Assembly (NCBI GenBank): GCA_964255285.1
Contig: CAXUUL010000040.1
Span: 1 to 48,932, forward strand
Source of the DNA: Ionaspis alba
Lineage: Eukaryota
Direction of reading: 5' to 3'
Length of the DNA: 48,932 nucleotides
Positions 24,570-36,913 of this stretch are shown here, piece by piece. The notes below the pieces were generated by a model. It saw only the letters and a program-made list of their open reading frames with translations. It was not told where the DNA came from and did no database searches. The stretch's first letter is position 1; each line of letters begins with the position of its first letter. Both the position numbers and the translations under genes were made by a program.

Positions 24570-26641
24570 TTACAATTTGACACTCCTTACTAAGCCCTTC
24601 TTAATACCCGTCAGCTCTCCCCCATATCCCCCTCTACCCTCTCCACCTTTGTACACCTGCCTGATACTCCCCAGCTTCTTCTTCTTGTCCTCGTATTTCT
24701 TTCTCTTCTTGACTCTAGGGTTTCTGACATCCTTCTTGCGCTTAGGCGCCAGACCTTTGTTCTTCTCTATAGCATAACTGATAGCTCTCTTCCCATCAGC
24801 TCCTACTTCTTCGACTACCCGCACTACGCCCCCTTGTAGCTCGGCTTCTTTCTGTGCGGCAGCCAGAGCTGCTTTCTCTGCTTTCTTCTTCTGAGAATGA
24901 GCGGTGACCAGGTCGTAATAGTCTTCTTCCCCACCGTCGCCATCCCTAATTTCCTCGGCCACTCTCCTGTCGTCCTCGTCGCTGTCTCCACCAAGCGGCA
25001 CAGTATTCGCGTCGTTCTTCTTCTTGCCTCTAGCCTCGGCCTCAGTATTGAGCCTTGCTTGCTTGTCTCGTAGTCGTTCTCGGTAAGGTATGTCAGCGTC
25101 ACCACCAGCATCTCTTCCTGCAGTGTCACGCTTGTTGGCCTTCTGGGCTATCTGAGAGGTATAGAATCGAAGACTCTTCTTCCGTTTTGCTTTCTCTGCT
25201 GCTTCATAAGCAGTCAGTACGGTCTCCTCCCCGAAATCGGAGTCGCTGTCATTCTCAGCTGGCTGCTTGTCCTCTGTTGTTGTTGCTGGGTTTGAGAGCG
25301 TTCGTGTTGTGGTTGTAGACGCCGTGAGCTTTGCAAGCTCCTCTTCCATCTCCTTTGCACGCTCAGCCCGACGTGCATCGGCTTCGACAATAGCGGCTTC
25401 GGCAGCGCGTTCAGCTTTGCTCTTCCGCCTCTTCTTCTTCTTCGATTTGGAAAATTCCACATTTTGCACATCTCTTTGCTTGGAAATCATATCTTGCCCG
25501 TCATCGCTGAAGTCCGGTAGAGGGTCTGAAGCCTTAATATGATTATCATGAAAAGTATGATCGGGATTTGGAATCTGTAGATCTTTGACTTTCTCCCATA
25601 GTGCTCGGCACTTCATCAAGGAATCCATTATAGGATGGTCCCGAAGTTTGGCTGGTGCAAGAGCAGCAAGCTTCCCTTCTTCGTTCTCTGCCCCTGATGT
25701 GACAATAGCAAAGTACATGCTCAAGGCCGCCAAATATGTGGTCAACGTGCTGTGTTTGACTGTAGAGTTCAGAATTTTGTTGGTTATTGTATTCGTATCA
25801 GAAGCCTTGCCCTCAGCACGAGCGTGGTGGTCTTGAACAGCCTGAGCAGCTAGAATCGCTGATTGCAACTCTTCGTGCGTAGATTGTAGAGCTAGAAACT
25901 CCTTTGCAAGAGGTTCAAACTCAGGGTATCTCATACTGAACAGCTTGCTCCTCTCCTCTAGGCTCATGGAGTCCGTGATCTCCACTTGAGGCAAGATTTC
26001 CTGTACGATACCTTCCTGATCGCTGTCCTCGCGTTGCCCGTTGGCTTTGCCAGTATCTAACCAGTCGGTCTCATCAAAACCGTAGTCAGCCTCGGTCATG
26101 CCTTGTAGTTGTTTCTTCTGTAACCGTATCGCCTCTTCCTCCTCTTCCAAAGCATCAGCTTCCGTCTCAATGACATCTGCATTGTAGTAGTCTTTTCTAG
26201 ATGACCCCCATCCGACAGTATCCTCGTCGTCGTCTAGATCAGCGCGACCGTCGGAGTGTGAGTCGCCAGACAGGCCCCCAGCAGCTTCTCCATCATTATC
26301 CACGTCGTCTTCTTCCTCGCCTCCGTACACGGAGCTTTCCTCGGAGTCGGCTAATACTTCCTCATCGGAAGGCTCGAGAAAGGCGTCTGCAATGTTATTT
26401 TCAGCTGATACTCGCCACCATGTCTTTAAGAGCAATCCCTACTCGCTTCCTGGAACTTTCGCTGCCTCTTCCTAGCTGGTTCCTCATTCAGCAGGATCTT
26501 GTCCCGGTTGATATGAAACTCATCCTCCGAGTCGGCAACATCCTCATATGAGTTGATCTTCAATTTTGTATCTTCGGTGCCGACTTCTTTGACAGAAGAA
26601 TTACCGAGGGACTTACCACCGGCCCTCCTCTTCTTCGCCAT
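24570..26641 (-). CDS. SAS10: SSU processome component Sas10/Utp3; exons 26641-26443, 26386-24570
   Basis: WGSSRKDYYNAD, central YPEFEPLAKEF...HPIMDSL, C-terminal Sas10 domain KRAISYAIEKNKGLAPKRKKDVRNPRVKKRKKY...YGGELTGIKKGLVRSVKL. Confidence 0.95.
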
Positions 26642-26922
26642 AGTTATGACTGTGCTGTATTATCTGAAATGATTTACATGATCTTGAAAGATTTAGCAGA
26701 TAATTATGTCTTGCTTCGAAAAATATGTGTTTGCACTCTTTGCAACAATATCTAGCCGCGCTAGCGAGCATTAGCCCTAAGAACGGATGGATCAACTGGC
26801 TTGATCACTACATATATTGACACTTTGGTCTGTCTTGCAGTCTGTTCTTTTTCGTGGCGTTGGGGCTTCTCTGGTCCTCTGTTTGCCTGATCATATTTCT
26901 TTCCTTCCTAGCAGGAGATAGA
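26642..26922. promoter_or_regulatory. Short divergent promoter shared by SAS10 and TSC10, containing AGCCCTAA (26773-26780)
   Basis: Head-to-head start codons 281 bp apart; TTAGGGCT resembles Tbf1-type sites described for fungal ribosome-related genes. Confidence 0.45.
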
Positions 26923-28016
26923 ATGGGTTTCTTCACGCGCAAGAATCAATTTCCTGTTGATGGCCGAGTAAGCAGCATCTGTCCCACAACTCCAGAACCA
27001 AATTGACCCTGAACAAATAGACCGTCCTTATCACTGGTGGCTCCCAAGGTATGGGTCGAAGCGTCGCACGCCTCCTTGCCTCTAAAGGTGCCAACGTCCT
27101 CATCGTCGCGCGGGGCTTGGACAAGCTCAAAGAAACTGTCGAATACATCTCGGTACACCTCCATCCTTCTCCAAGCTTGCCTAGGTCTAGCTAACCTACT
27201 TGGCAGGCCGCAGCCCTCCACCCCAGTATACAGCGCTTCCACTACATCTCCGCCGACCTGACCTCTCCATCATCCTCCCCGCGCGTTCTGGCAGAAGCGA
27301 CAGCCTGGAACAGCGGCATCCCACCCGACATAATCTGGTGCTGTGCCGGCACTGCCCGTCCTAGTCTCTTCACCGACACAGCTATAGAGACACTCCGCGA
27401 GCAAATGGACACCAATTACTTCACCTCGGCCTATATGGCACACGCCGGCCTACGCGCATGGCTCAAACCACCCATACCGATCCAAACCCAGCAGTCTGGC
27501 TCTCAACAGCCGAAACATCTAATATTCACCTCGACTGTCCTGGCTTTCCTACCACTACTAGGTTACGCGCCATACACGCCGCCAAAGACCGCACTACGCG
27601 GACTATCGGATACATTATCTCAAGAAGTAAAGCTCTACCCAAAGTCAAATCCTGTGAAGATACATACGATATTCCCTGGCACAATCCTTACGCCGGCGCT
27701 GGAAACGGAAAACTTGACGAAGCCGGCTATTACAAAGAAGCTTGAGGAGGATGATAAGGGGCAGACGCCGGATGAGGTCGCGTTGAAGGCCATAGAGGGC
27801 TTGGAGAGAGGAGAAGAATTGATAAGTACGGCATGGTTGGGGTGGTTACTGAGGTGTGGGGGTTTAGGCTGGAGTAGGCGGAGTGGATGGGGCTTACTGG
27901 ACTGGGTCGTGGGGTGCGTACTAGGAATTGTGGCGAGTGTGGTGAGGTGGGATATGGAGGGGAAGGTGACGAGGTGGGGGGAGGTCAATGGAGTCTCTGG
28001 AGGATTGAAAACGTGA
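26923..28016 (+). CDS. TSC10: 3-ketodihydrosphingosine reductase (SDR); exons 26923-26967, 27021-27152, 27207-28016
   Basis: [58 protein letters not shown] (YxxxK), [23 protein letters not shown]-terminal hydrophobic anchor. Confidence 0.92.
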
Positions 28017-28316
28017 ACGCTATCGTGGAGAAAGGCGATGATGGACGGGAAGATTGATTGATGCTATATACCCTGAGAGAGTGGCAATGAATACTCGTTG
28101 TAAGATACAGGCCAACACCAATAGTGACGTCGCAAGCTTGACTTCTCCTTTACTTGCCAACTTCCCAATGCCCAGTACTGGTCCTCGGGCTTTTTCCATG
28201 CCTTCCTCCCATGAAGCAATCGATCACAAGTGGATGGCTTCTATACCAAAACGAAAGGTAAAGCTCTAAAACAATGTTGACTTTCTCACCCCATCGGTGC
28301 ATTTCTTCTCTTGCTC

Positions 28317-30005
28317 TTACAAGAACAGCTTCTTGTCTCTCCGATAAACATCCGGTAGAACCGTTAGAGCCTTCGCCGAAACCCCACCTCGAGCCCCAAC
28401 ACTGGCCGGAAACTCGATCAACGCCTTCCTCAACGCTGCCTTACCTGCTTCTCCAAAAAATTCCATTATCCTCGCCTCACTATTCTCAATCATAGCCTTG
28501 AGCACCATGAAATGCGTTTCCGTGACCTCTGCTGGCGGCGTGTTGACAATAGAAGCCAATGCACGCCAGTAATTTGACGCGGGGTACGGATTTTGCATCC
28601 TCGATCGATCATAATTACGCAACGACAGCGCCGCAAACCCGGCTCCGAGTCCCGTCATGCGCTCCGAGTGCCTCTGCTCTGACACGAACGGGCCTTGCTT
28701 GGTCTCCCTTCGCCACCCCAGCCGCTGCTTCCCCTGAGCGGTGTTTTCGGGGCCGTAGATACCGAACAGCACCGGGCAAACCACGTGAAACTTGGCAATC
28801 AGGATGTCGATAAAGGAGTGGCCGTTCCAGCGGAATTCGGGCATTGCGAAGACCCAGGAGGCGACGACACCGACGGGGTCGGCTGCACTAGGATTGACGG
28901 CGGCTTCGTTGACGAATTGCGAGATGATCATTTTGGCGAGGTTGCTGAACTGGTAAAGGAGGAGAGCGGGGCCGTTGTGGTCGGCAATGGAGGTGGGTGG
29001 CTCGAAGAGAAAGTCGGTCACGTCGATTTGGGGCGCGGTGACCTTAGAGGCCTCTCGAAGAACTTTGATTATCTCTTCGCGCTAATAGAGAACAAGATTG
29101 TTAGTGATGTTGTGTTCGAAGAGGCTGAGATGGTTTGAGCAGAAGGGGAAGTAAGATGGTCATACCGGAGCTTTGTTGGCAATATTATCACCGGTCAATT
29201 GACCCATACATTTGCGAATCACACGGCGGCCAGGACCCATTTGTGCTTTTATGGCCGGGATTGTCTTAGATTGCTCTTCCATGAATTTGCGTAGTCCTTT
29301 TGCCTTTTGGTGAATTTCGAGGTAGCGTCGATGTTCTGCTTCTCGAGTAGGATCGAGTCGTGGCTGCTGTGCTGATGATTGTGCAGAAGTTTGAGGTGCT
29401 GGAACAATGACAGGAGGGGCGACTGCAATAGAGGCCGGCGTAGCATTCTTTTCTATCTTTGGTTTCGAAGCCGCTGCTGCTGCTGTTGCCTCCTTGGCTC
29501 TTCTCTCCTCCTCCGCTGCCCTCTGATCAGCTTCTTTCTGCTCCGCAAGCAACCTAGCAGCTTCGGCATCGGCTCGCTCCCGCTCCAGACGTCTTTTCTC
29601 TGCCTCGAGGACCTCTTCGTTCCTCCGTAATTCCGCTTCGCGTGCCTCATGAGCTTGCAGCGCCCTCGCCCTCTCGTATTCCCTTGTTTTCTCTTCGTAC
29701 TCTCTTTCCCTTTGAATTCGCTCGAACTCTGCCTCTGCTTCTTGTTCTCGACGTCTCCGCTCGTGCTGGATCTGAGCCTCCAATCTTTCCCTTTCAGCCT
29801 CCGCCCTTCTGCGTATTCGTTCATGCTCGGCAGCAGCAGCAGCCAATGCAAGCTTGTGATTCTCTTCCTGAATTCTCGCATCACGGTCAAGACGTGCATG
29901 GAATTCTTCCCGATCGTTTAGATGCAGCCGGCCGAGTTCCCATAAGAGTTGTCTAGAAGGCCCGTCAAGGGCATTTTTGTAGGGACTTTCCATGACCTCC
30001 AGCAT
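28317..30005 (-). CDS. GLE1: mRNA export factor Gle1; exons 30005 (or 29993)-29166, 29081-28317
   Basis: N-terminal E/R/A-rich coiled coil followed by GLE1 domain: AKMIISQFVNEA..ADPVGVV, FIDILIAKFHVVCPVLFG, LGW, HSERMTGLGAGFAALSLR, YWRALASIVN. Confidence 0.9.
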
Positions 30006-30293
30006 GACGGTGGTTCCTGAGATCAACGTCCTATGGCTTCTCCAAGAGAATGACGCGAGAACGTTCGAGGACTCAGCTGCTCGAAGCAGCGATGGTCATT
30101 AATCAGGTGTTGGGAAACGCGTACTCATACTGGACGTGTGTTGATGTATCAGATTGTGCAAGAGGAAAATTAATCTCGACTGAGCATTTCCGTGGTCTGA
30201 TTGGGAAGCACGTTAACATGCAGAGCACATTGTATCTGCTCGCTCTGTAAAGGTGCCCAAGATGGTTTGTTGCATAGTTAAGTCTGAGACACA

Positions 30294-30393
30294 NNNNNNN
30301 NNNNNNNNNNNNNNNNNNNNNNNNNNNNNNNNNNNNNNNNNNNNNNNNNNNNNNNNNNNNNNNNNNNNNNNNNNNNNNNNNNNNNNNNNNNNN
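30294..30393. other. Scaffold gap (100 N) with exact 55-bp flanking duplication
   Basis: 30239-30293 is identical to 30394-30448. Confidence 0.95.
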
Positions 30394-31492
30394 CTCGCTC
30401 TGTAAAGGTGCCCAAGATGGTTTGTTGCATAGTTAAGTCTGAGACACAGAATCCGATGTTAGATCGAAGCCACGCCCAAACCAGCGGGCCGAGGCTCAGC
30501 GGGCAGAGACCCATGTTTGGTTTTGTGGCTGGGACGCTAGCTCGTGGAGGCTGATAGTCAATTTTTTTCCGACTCTGAAACTTGCTTGGTCGAGTCTCCG
30601 GAGAAGGAAAGCAGAAGAGAAGATGTGGAAGATGAAGTTTATAACACTCCGAGATCCTGCTACAGATGAATCATTTACCACATCATACAGATATCCACTA
30701 GTGGTGTGTAATGTATGGGAAGAATGTCATAAGCCTTCATGTCTCCACGAAATATTGATGCTTTCAACACTGTGGCATGAGTTGAGAACAACTCAACTTA
30801 TTTTTAAAGCCGTATTAGCAAACGGTAGGTAGCACTTCAGGGGAGGAGCTCCCTATTCTCTAGATTTCACAGCAGCTAGAGCCCCTAACTGGGGGCCTCC
30901 ACCCCTGGGACCAACCAAGTGATTAGGTGATCGTAGACTCGACACTAATTAGACCATGAAAGCGGGAAGGGCGAGCCTTTAGCTCTGGTACTGGCACTAA
31001 GGCTGAAGGCCACCTCCATTCGTAGCGGATCTCCACTTCCATATTCATCTTCCCCATTACTCCCTCTTCTCCCTCCATCGCTCCTTCCCTCCATTCAGCT
31101 CTACCTATCCTTAACATCACCGTCATTCCCTATCCGCATCGTCAATTAATCTACCTCTCTCCTTCAACAGTCCCTCCTTCTCAAAGTGCCCACAATTCTA
31201 GTGATTGTCCAAGATCCAAAACCCACACCCGGACTCTATCTTGATCTTTGATCCACTACGTATTTGATCTGTAACCAAGGGAAACTTCCAGGTGCCTCAA
31301 ATCTCAGTCACCGATCGAACCTTTGTGGATCCGCCACTCTTACCATTCGATCCGCTCCTTGCTACAATTTTTGGGTCTCCACGGCCCAAGCCACTGCAGC
31401 GCTTTTGAAGTGCACGACCCGTCCATCGGACCGGCTTTCGAACAGCCAAAGACGTATTCTTAGTTCTCTATTGCTGTCCAGGAAGATCAGCT

Positions 31493-34400
31493 ATGGATCA
31501 ACAGGGACAGCTAGGAGTTCCAGGTGCTCAGGGTCGTCGACTGCATATTGCGCATCGACGGAGCCCGTCCGAAATGACTCCAATGATAAGTTAGTTTACC
31601 CATACACTCATCCATGAACATTTCAGTGCCACTCGCCTACTCCTCCTGCAAAAATTGTTTGCCATTGATCTACTCTGTTGGTGCCAGAAAATGACACTGA
31701 TGATGATCTACTACAGTGGAACAACTTGCCCTTCAACAGCAGATCGAGCTTCTACAGCAACAACAACAGCAGATTGCAGCTACTCATCAGCAATATGTAA
31801 ACATGGGGATGATACCCCAACAACAACAATTACCCACAGTCAACTTCCCAAACAATCAAGGGCAAGTTTCCATGGCAGGAATGCCTTCACAAGTCAATGC
31901 TTTCCAGTTTCCGCAACAAATGCAACAGCAGCAGCAGCAACTTTCTGTACCCATGGGTGTACCTACCCAACCCTCTTCACATCGCCGCAACCAGTCGGCA
32001 TTGCCAAACATGGGTATGGGTCCACCGCCTGCTCCCTCATCAGGTGCATCCGGCTCTACTTTTGGCGACTTCGGCCAACAAGGAATTAACAACCAAGGTC
32101 GAGAAAATGGAGCACAACGAGGAGGTCGCGGAGGTGGACCACCTGGTGGTGGCCACCAGCGTCGTCATTCTCTCGCTTTGCCCGAAGCGAAGAAAGCTGC
32201 GGAGTTGGCGCAGCAAAAGAGAACCACGTCCGGATTCCAATTTCCAATCCCTGGTGCTGGGGGTGCTTCTCCTTCAAGCACTAACAGATCCGTCAGCCCT
32301 GCAGGCTCCGAAGACAAAGGTAATCAAGGTCAGCAGGACAATCCGAACCAATCTGGTCTAAGTGTGCGAGCAGGGAATCGCGGTCCCATCGGCCATGGAA
32401 GGAGCCAGAGCATGGCAATTGGGAACGGACGTGGGGCTTCACAAGGACGTGGTGCTGGAGGGTTCCAATTCCCACCTCCAATGGCCACCAATGATGCTGG
32501 TGCCTCTGGAGCAGGTCAGAGTGATTTTCAAAGAAGGGGTAGCTCAAATGGTCATGGTAGATCGTCTTCAAGAAATTTTGATGGTAACTGGAGGCAACAG
32601 AACGGCGGCCAGTCCCAAATGCAGGATCAGCAGCAGCAGCAACAGCAACCAATGGGAAGCTTTAGCCAACCTCAAAACCCAAATGCTCCTGTCTTTCAGC
32701 CTGGTCACAGAGTACGAGGATCGATGAACCAGTCTATCGGCTCCGTTGGCTCATTCCAGTTCCCTTCTCAGCCTCAACTCGTGCAGCTACCTCAAGGACA
32801 GGTTATGATTCAGCAACCTCAAATGTTTCCTGGACAGCAGATCAATCCTTTGCAGCTTAGTCAGCTTCAGGCATTGCAAGCGGCGCAAATGAGCGGTCAG
32901 ACCTTTGGTCTTCAAGCCAGCCAGCATGCTCAACCTCAGCTATCTGCGCAACAGCAACAACAGCAGCAACGCAAGACCCTTTTCACTCCTTACCTACCGC
33001 AAGCAAGCTTACCAGCTCTCCTGTCGGATGGACAGCTCGTGTCTGGGATACTTCGCGTCAACAAGAAGAATAGAAGTGATGCCTACGTCACCTGCACGGA
33101 TCTTGATGCGGATATCTTCATTTGTGGTAGTAAAGACAGGAATCGTGCCTTGGAAGGAGACCTTGTGGCAATTGAGCTGCTAGACGTGGACGAAGTCTGG
33201 GGTCAGAAACGCGAAAAGGAGGAGAAGAAAAAACGCAAGGATATTACGGACACCAGGATCAGTAGTGGAACCAGCAACGACAAACTTGGTAGGAGCGATT
33301 CCGGCGGCCGTGGTGATGCTGGACAGAGTGGTAATGCTGAAGGTGGCCTGAAGCGACGAGGCAGTTTGCGGCAGCGTCCTACGCAGAAGAAGAATGACGA
33401 TGTTGAGGTCGAAGGGCAGAGTCTACTGCTCATGGAGGAGGAAGAGATCAATGACGAGCAAAAGCCCCTGTTTGCTGGTCACGTTGTTGCTGTCGTTGAG
33501 CGCATAGCTGGACAGATGTTCTCAGGGTACGTGCCTATGGGATGTTAATCTCGATGCTCGGCTAATGCTTTCATAGTACACTTGGTCTTCTCCGCCCAAG
33601 CAGTCAAGCGACCAAGGAGAAACAAGAAGCTGAACGTCAACATCGTGATGGAAGCTCAGGACGTCACCAACAGGAACGGCAGCAAGACAAGCCCAAGATC
33701 GTCTGGTTCAAGCCAACTGACAAGCGTGTACCACTGATCGCCATTCCAACAGAACAGGCTCCAAGGGACTTTGTAGAACGGCATCAAGATTATGCCAACC
33801 GCATTTTTGTCGCTTGTATCAAACGTTGGCCCATCACCTCTTTACATCCATTCGGGACTCTGGTTGAACAGCTCGGAGAAATGGGAGATCTCAAGGTGGA
33901 GACCGACGCTCTATTGCGAGACAATAACTTCGGCCCTGATGATTTCTCTGATGCCGTCCTCAAGAACATTGGCTTCGATGAATGGTCCATCGAGAATGAG
34001 AGCGAAGAAAGTCTGGGAGCTCGTCGTGACTTCCGCGACGAGACTACCTTCACCATCGATCCTAACGGAACTCAAGATTTTGACGACGCACTTCACGTTA
34101 AGGATCTTGGTGACGGGAAAGTCGAAGTCGGGATCCATGTGGCTGATGCGGCACATTTTATCAAGGCCAACTCGCTTGTTGATCGCGAAGCTAAGAAACG
34201 TGGTACCGGAGTGTACTTGATGAACCGTGCCGTCAATATGCTACCGCCGCGCCTAGCTTCAGAGATCTGCTCTCTTAGTCCTGGTGAGTCGAGGTTCACG
34301 GTCAGTGTGGTCTTCCAGGTAGATCTCAGAACAGGGAGCATTGTTGAGGAAAATACATGGATGGGTAAAGCAATCATCAAGAGTGCTGGCAAGTTGACAT

Positions 34401-36027
34401 ACGATGAGGTTGATGCTGTGATACGCGGGGATAGTGGCGTGAAGCTGCAAGGTGCTACAGTGAAAGACGTTCAGACGCTCAAGGTTAGTAGAGAATTCGT
34501 CTATGCTTTGTCAAAGACATGTGCTAACAGAATTCAGACTATCGCTCAGAAGTTCCGTGAGGTCAGATATGGCTCGCACTCTGAGAACATTCCTTCCCTC
34601 CGCCTTCTCTACCAGCTCGATGATGAGAATGTGCCTGTAGAACACAATATATTTGATTCTACACCCGCTCATGAAATTATCGAGGAGCTGAGCTACAAGG
34701 CAAACTACTTTGTAGCTCAAAAAATTGCAGCTGCCCTACCAGAAAAGGCATTCCTACGTCGGCATGCCATTCCAAAAGCTGGACGACTACAGACGTTTGC
34801 CGAAAGGATGACGAGAATTGGATATGAAATCGATACTTCGAGTAGTGGCTCGTTGCAGAACAGTTTGTTCAAAGTCAAGGATGCCGAAATGCGCAAGGTT
34901 TGTCTTTGTATGTTCTGTTTCTAGCTCGAGAGCTGATTTTTCGAAGGGTATGGAAACACTGCTTGTCAAGACTATGTCTCGCGCAAAGTATGTCGTTGCC
35001 GGGAAGACTCGACCCGATCAGTTCCAGCACTTCGCGTTGAACCTGCCTCTGTATACGCATTTCACTAACCCATCGCGACGCTATGCGGATATTGTTGTGC
35101 ACCGTCAACTTGAGGCAGCACTATCGGGAGGAGCGATTGAGTTCACTGAAGATATCGAGAACTTGGTCAAGACCGCCGAGCAGTGTAATACTAAGAAAGA
35201 CTCTGCCCAGAGTGCACAGGAGCAGAGTGTCCACATTGAGTCGTGCCGCATCATGGACAAAAAGCGCAATGAGCTTGGCGGAGATTTGATTAGCGAAGGC
35301 ATCGTCATCTGTGTCTACGAATCAGCATTTGACGTGTTGATTCCAGAATATGGCTTCGAAAAGCGCGTCCACTGTGATCAGCTTCCACTAAAGAAAGCAG
35401 AATTCCGCAAGGAAACTCGTGTATTGGAACTCTACTGGGAGAAGGGCGTGACATCATCAGCATACGTGCCCGAAGACGAACGTCCAAAGGGAGGTCGGCA
35501 TACCGGCGGGGGACGAGGCTTCGCCAACGCGCCACCAAGGGCTGCGAAGGAGGAAGATGAGGCGCAGCGGAAGCTGACAGATACCAACACCATGCAGTCC
35601 GATGAAGTGGATGCCCTCTTCGACGACGACGACGATGCAGCCTCCGAAATCACCGAGATGACATCGGGCGTCTCACTCGGTCCACCAGCTGGAGCTGATC
35701 GCCCGACTCAAAGTATGCCACCTTCGCCAGCTCGCAACAGTCCTGCCAACGAGCTTCATCGGACACAATCTGATCCTAGGATTACGACTGGAGCCAAGGG
35801 GGCGAAAATGAGTGATAAGGAGAGGTATCTGAGTTTCTTTAAGCTGAGGGAGGAGGGCGGTGAGTATATCCAGGATGTGACAGAGATGACAAGGGTGCCG
35901 GTGATATTGAAGACGGATTTGACGAAGAGTCCTCCGTAAGTACTTTGTGCCCTCTGTGTTTTTGGGACTATATTAATGATATACTAGCTGCCTGACGATT
36001 CGATCCATGAACCCCTATGCACTCTAA
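31493..36027 (+). CDS. SSD1: Ssd1/GUL-1 RNA-binding protein, RNase II/RNB family; exons 31493-31589, 31717-33526, 33577-34483, 34538-34897, 34947-35935, 35988-36027
   Basis: LHIAHRRSPSE start, Q-rich N-terminus, RKTLFTPYLPQA, GILRVNKKNRSDAY, IFICGSKDRNRALEGDLVA, KIVWFKPTDKRVPLIAIP, RNB domain with YTHFTNPSRRYAD, C-terminal CLTIRSMNPY. Confidence 0.97.
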
Positions 36028-36388
36028 TCGATCGGCTTTCCAATTATCGACCTAGATGTTGTCGGTGCAGACCCAGACCCAGACCCAATCCGAGGTTGTG
36101 GTTCTATTGCCGATGAATTTCGCAGAGGAGGGTCAACGGATTGTCGGACGGGAGAAAGTCAGGGTCATTTGCTCGAAAGAGCCAAGAGAGAGAAGGGGAA
36201 GAACTCTGGTGAAGTGGACATAGCCTAGGCGTAGCTTCATATTTCCTATTCTCTTTGTACATCTTTACTTCTAGGGTGTAGCTACAGGGCTTTCGTCCCT
36301 CCCTATGTCGGGAGAAACCCACCGTGCCGAGACGAATCCATTGTTCAGGCATCTCAAGTCTCTCCCTCGCGAGTATATAAAGTTGTGG

Positions 36389-36769
36389 TCAATGTGCCAT
36401 TGTTCTTGAGCCATTTCTCCGCCATGATTCGATCTGCAGCGAGAAAATTACCGTTATCCTGGTCATGCTGTCGATCATTCTGTCCATGGCGTCGAGAGCC
36501 GTTTCAGCTATCTATTCCTACTCCATCACGACTATCAGCCTGTCTGCGAATTTCGGCACCATGATACGAAGGTCCTATTTAGGGAAAGATATAGCTCCAA
36601 GCTTTGCAGACAGGGAGCATGTGAAAAGCAGCATCCCGAGTTTGTCCGGGCAAAGGTGGAGGCACAGAAAACGCTGTCAAAGGAGGGAAACGGCAGTAGC
36701 GTCCGAAAGGATTATTCCCGGATTTAGCTTAGTCCAGAAGGTTTTAATACCTTCCTCGTAGCTGAGAAA
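36389..36769 (-). pseudogene. Possible decayed gene fragment, weakly resembling the C-terminal half of the 36914 gene
   Basis: A single reading frame broken by TGA/TAG stops: IKTFWTKLNPG...RFLCLHL...LRIMVPKF...IAETALDAMDRMIDSMTRITVIF. Confidence 0.25.
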
Positions 36770-36913
36770 TCAAATCATATTACACCTCACCGCTGAATTA
36801 TCACTTTTCTCATCGCCCACGCGTCGCCGTATTGAAAATCACGCTAAATGTATTGTATCATGCCTAACATATGACCAACTCCGCTAGACATCGCATCGAC
36901 CACTCCCACTGAA

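Noticed and set aside
22520..35653. Numerous antisense and alternate-frame ORFs within ERB1, SAS10, TSC10, GLE1 and SSD1
   Set aside because: Shadow ORFs produced by codon bias and low-complexity regions of the real genes.
36068..36091. (CAGACC)3 repeat with a 9-bp inverted match (ACCCAATCC) to 37879-37887 as TIRs of a gene-carrying transposon
   Set aside because: The match is too short, there is no TSD, and the left copy lies in the probable SSD1 3' UTR.
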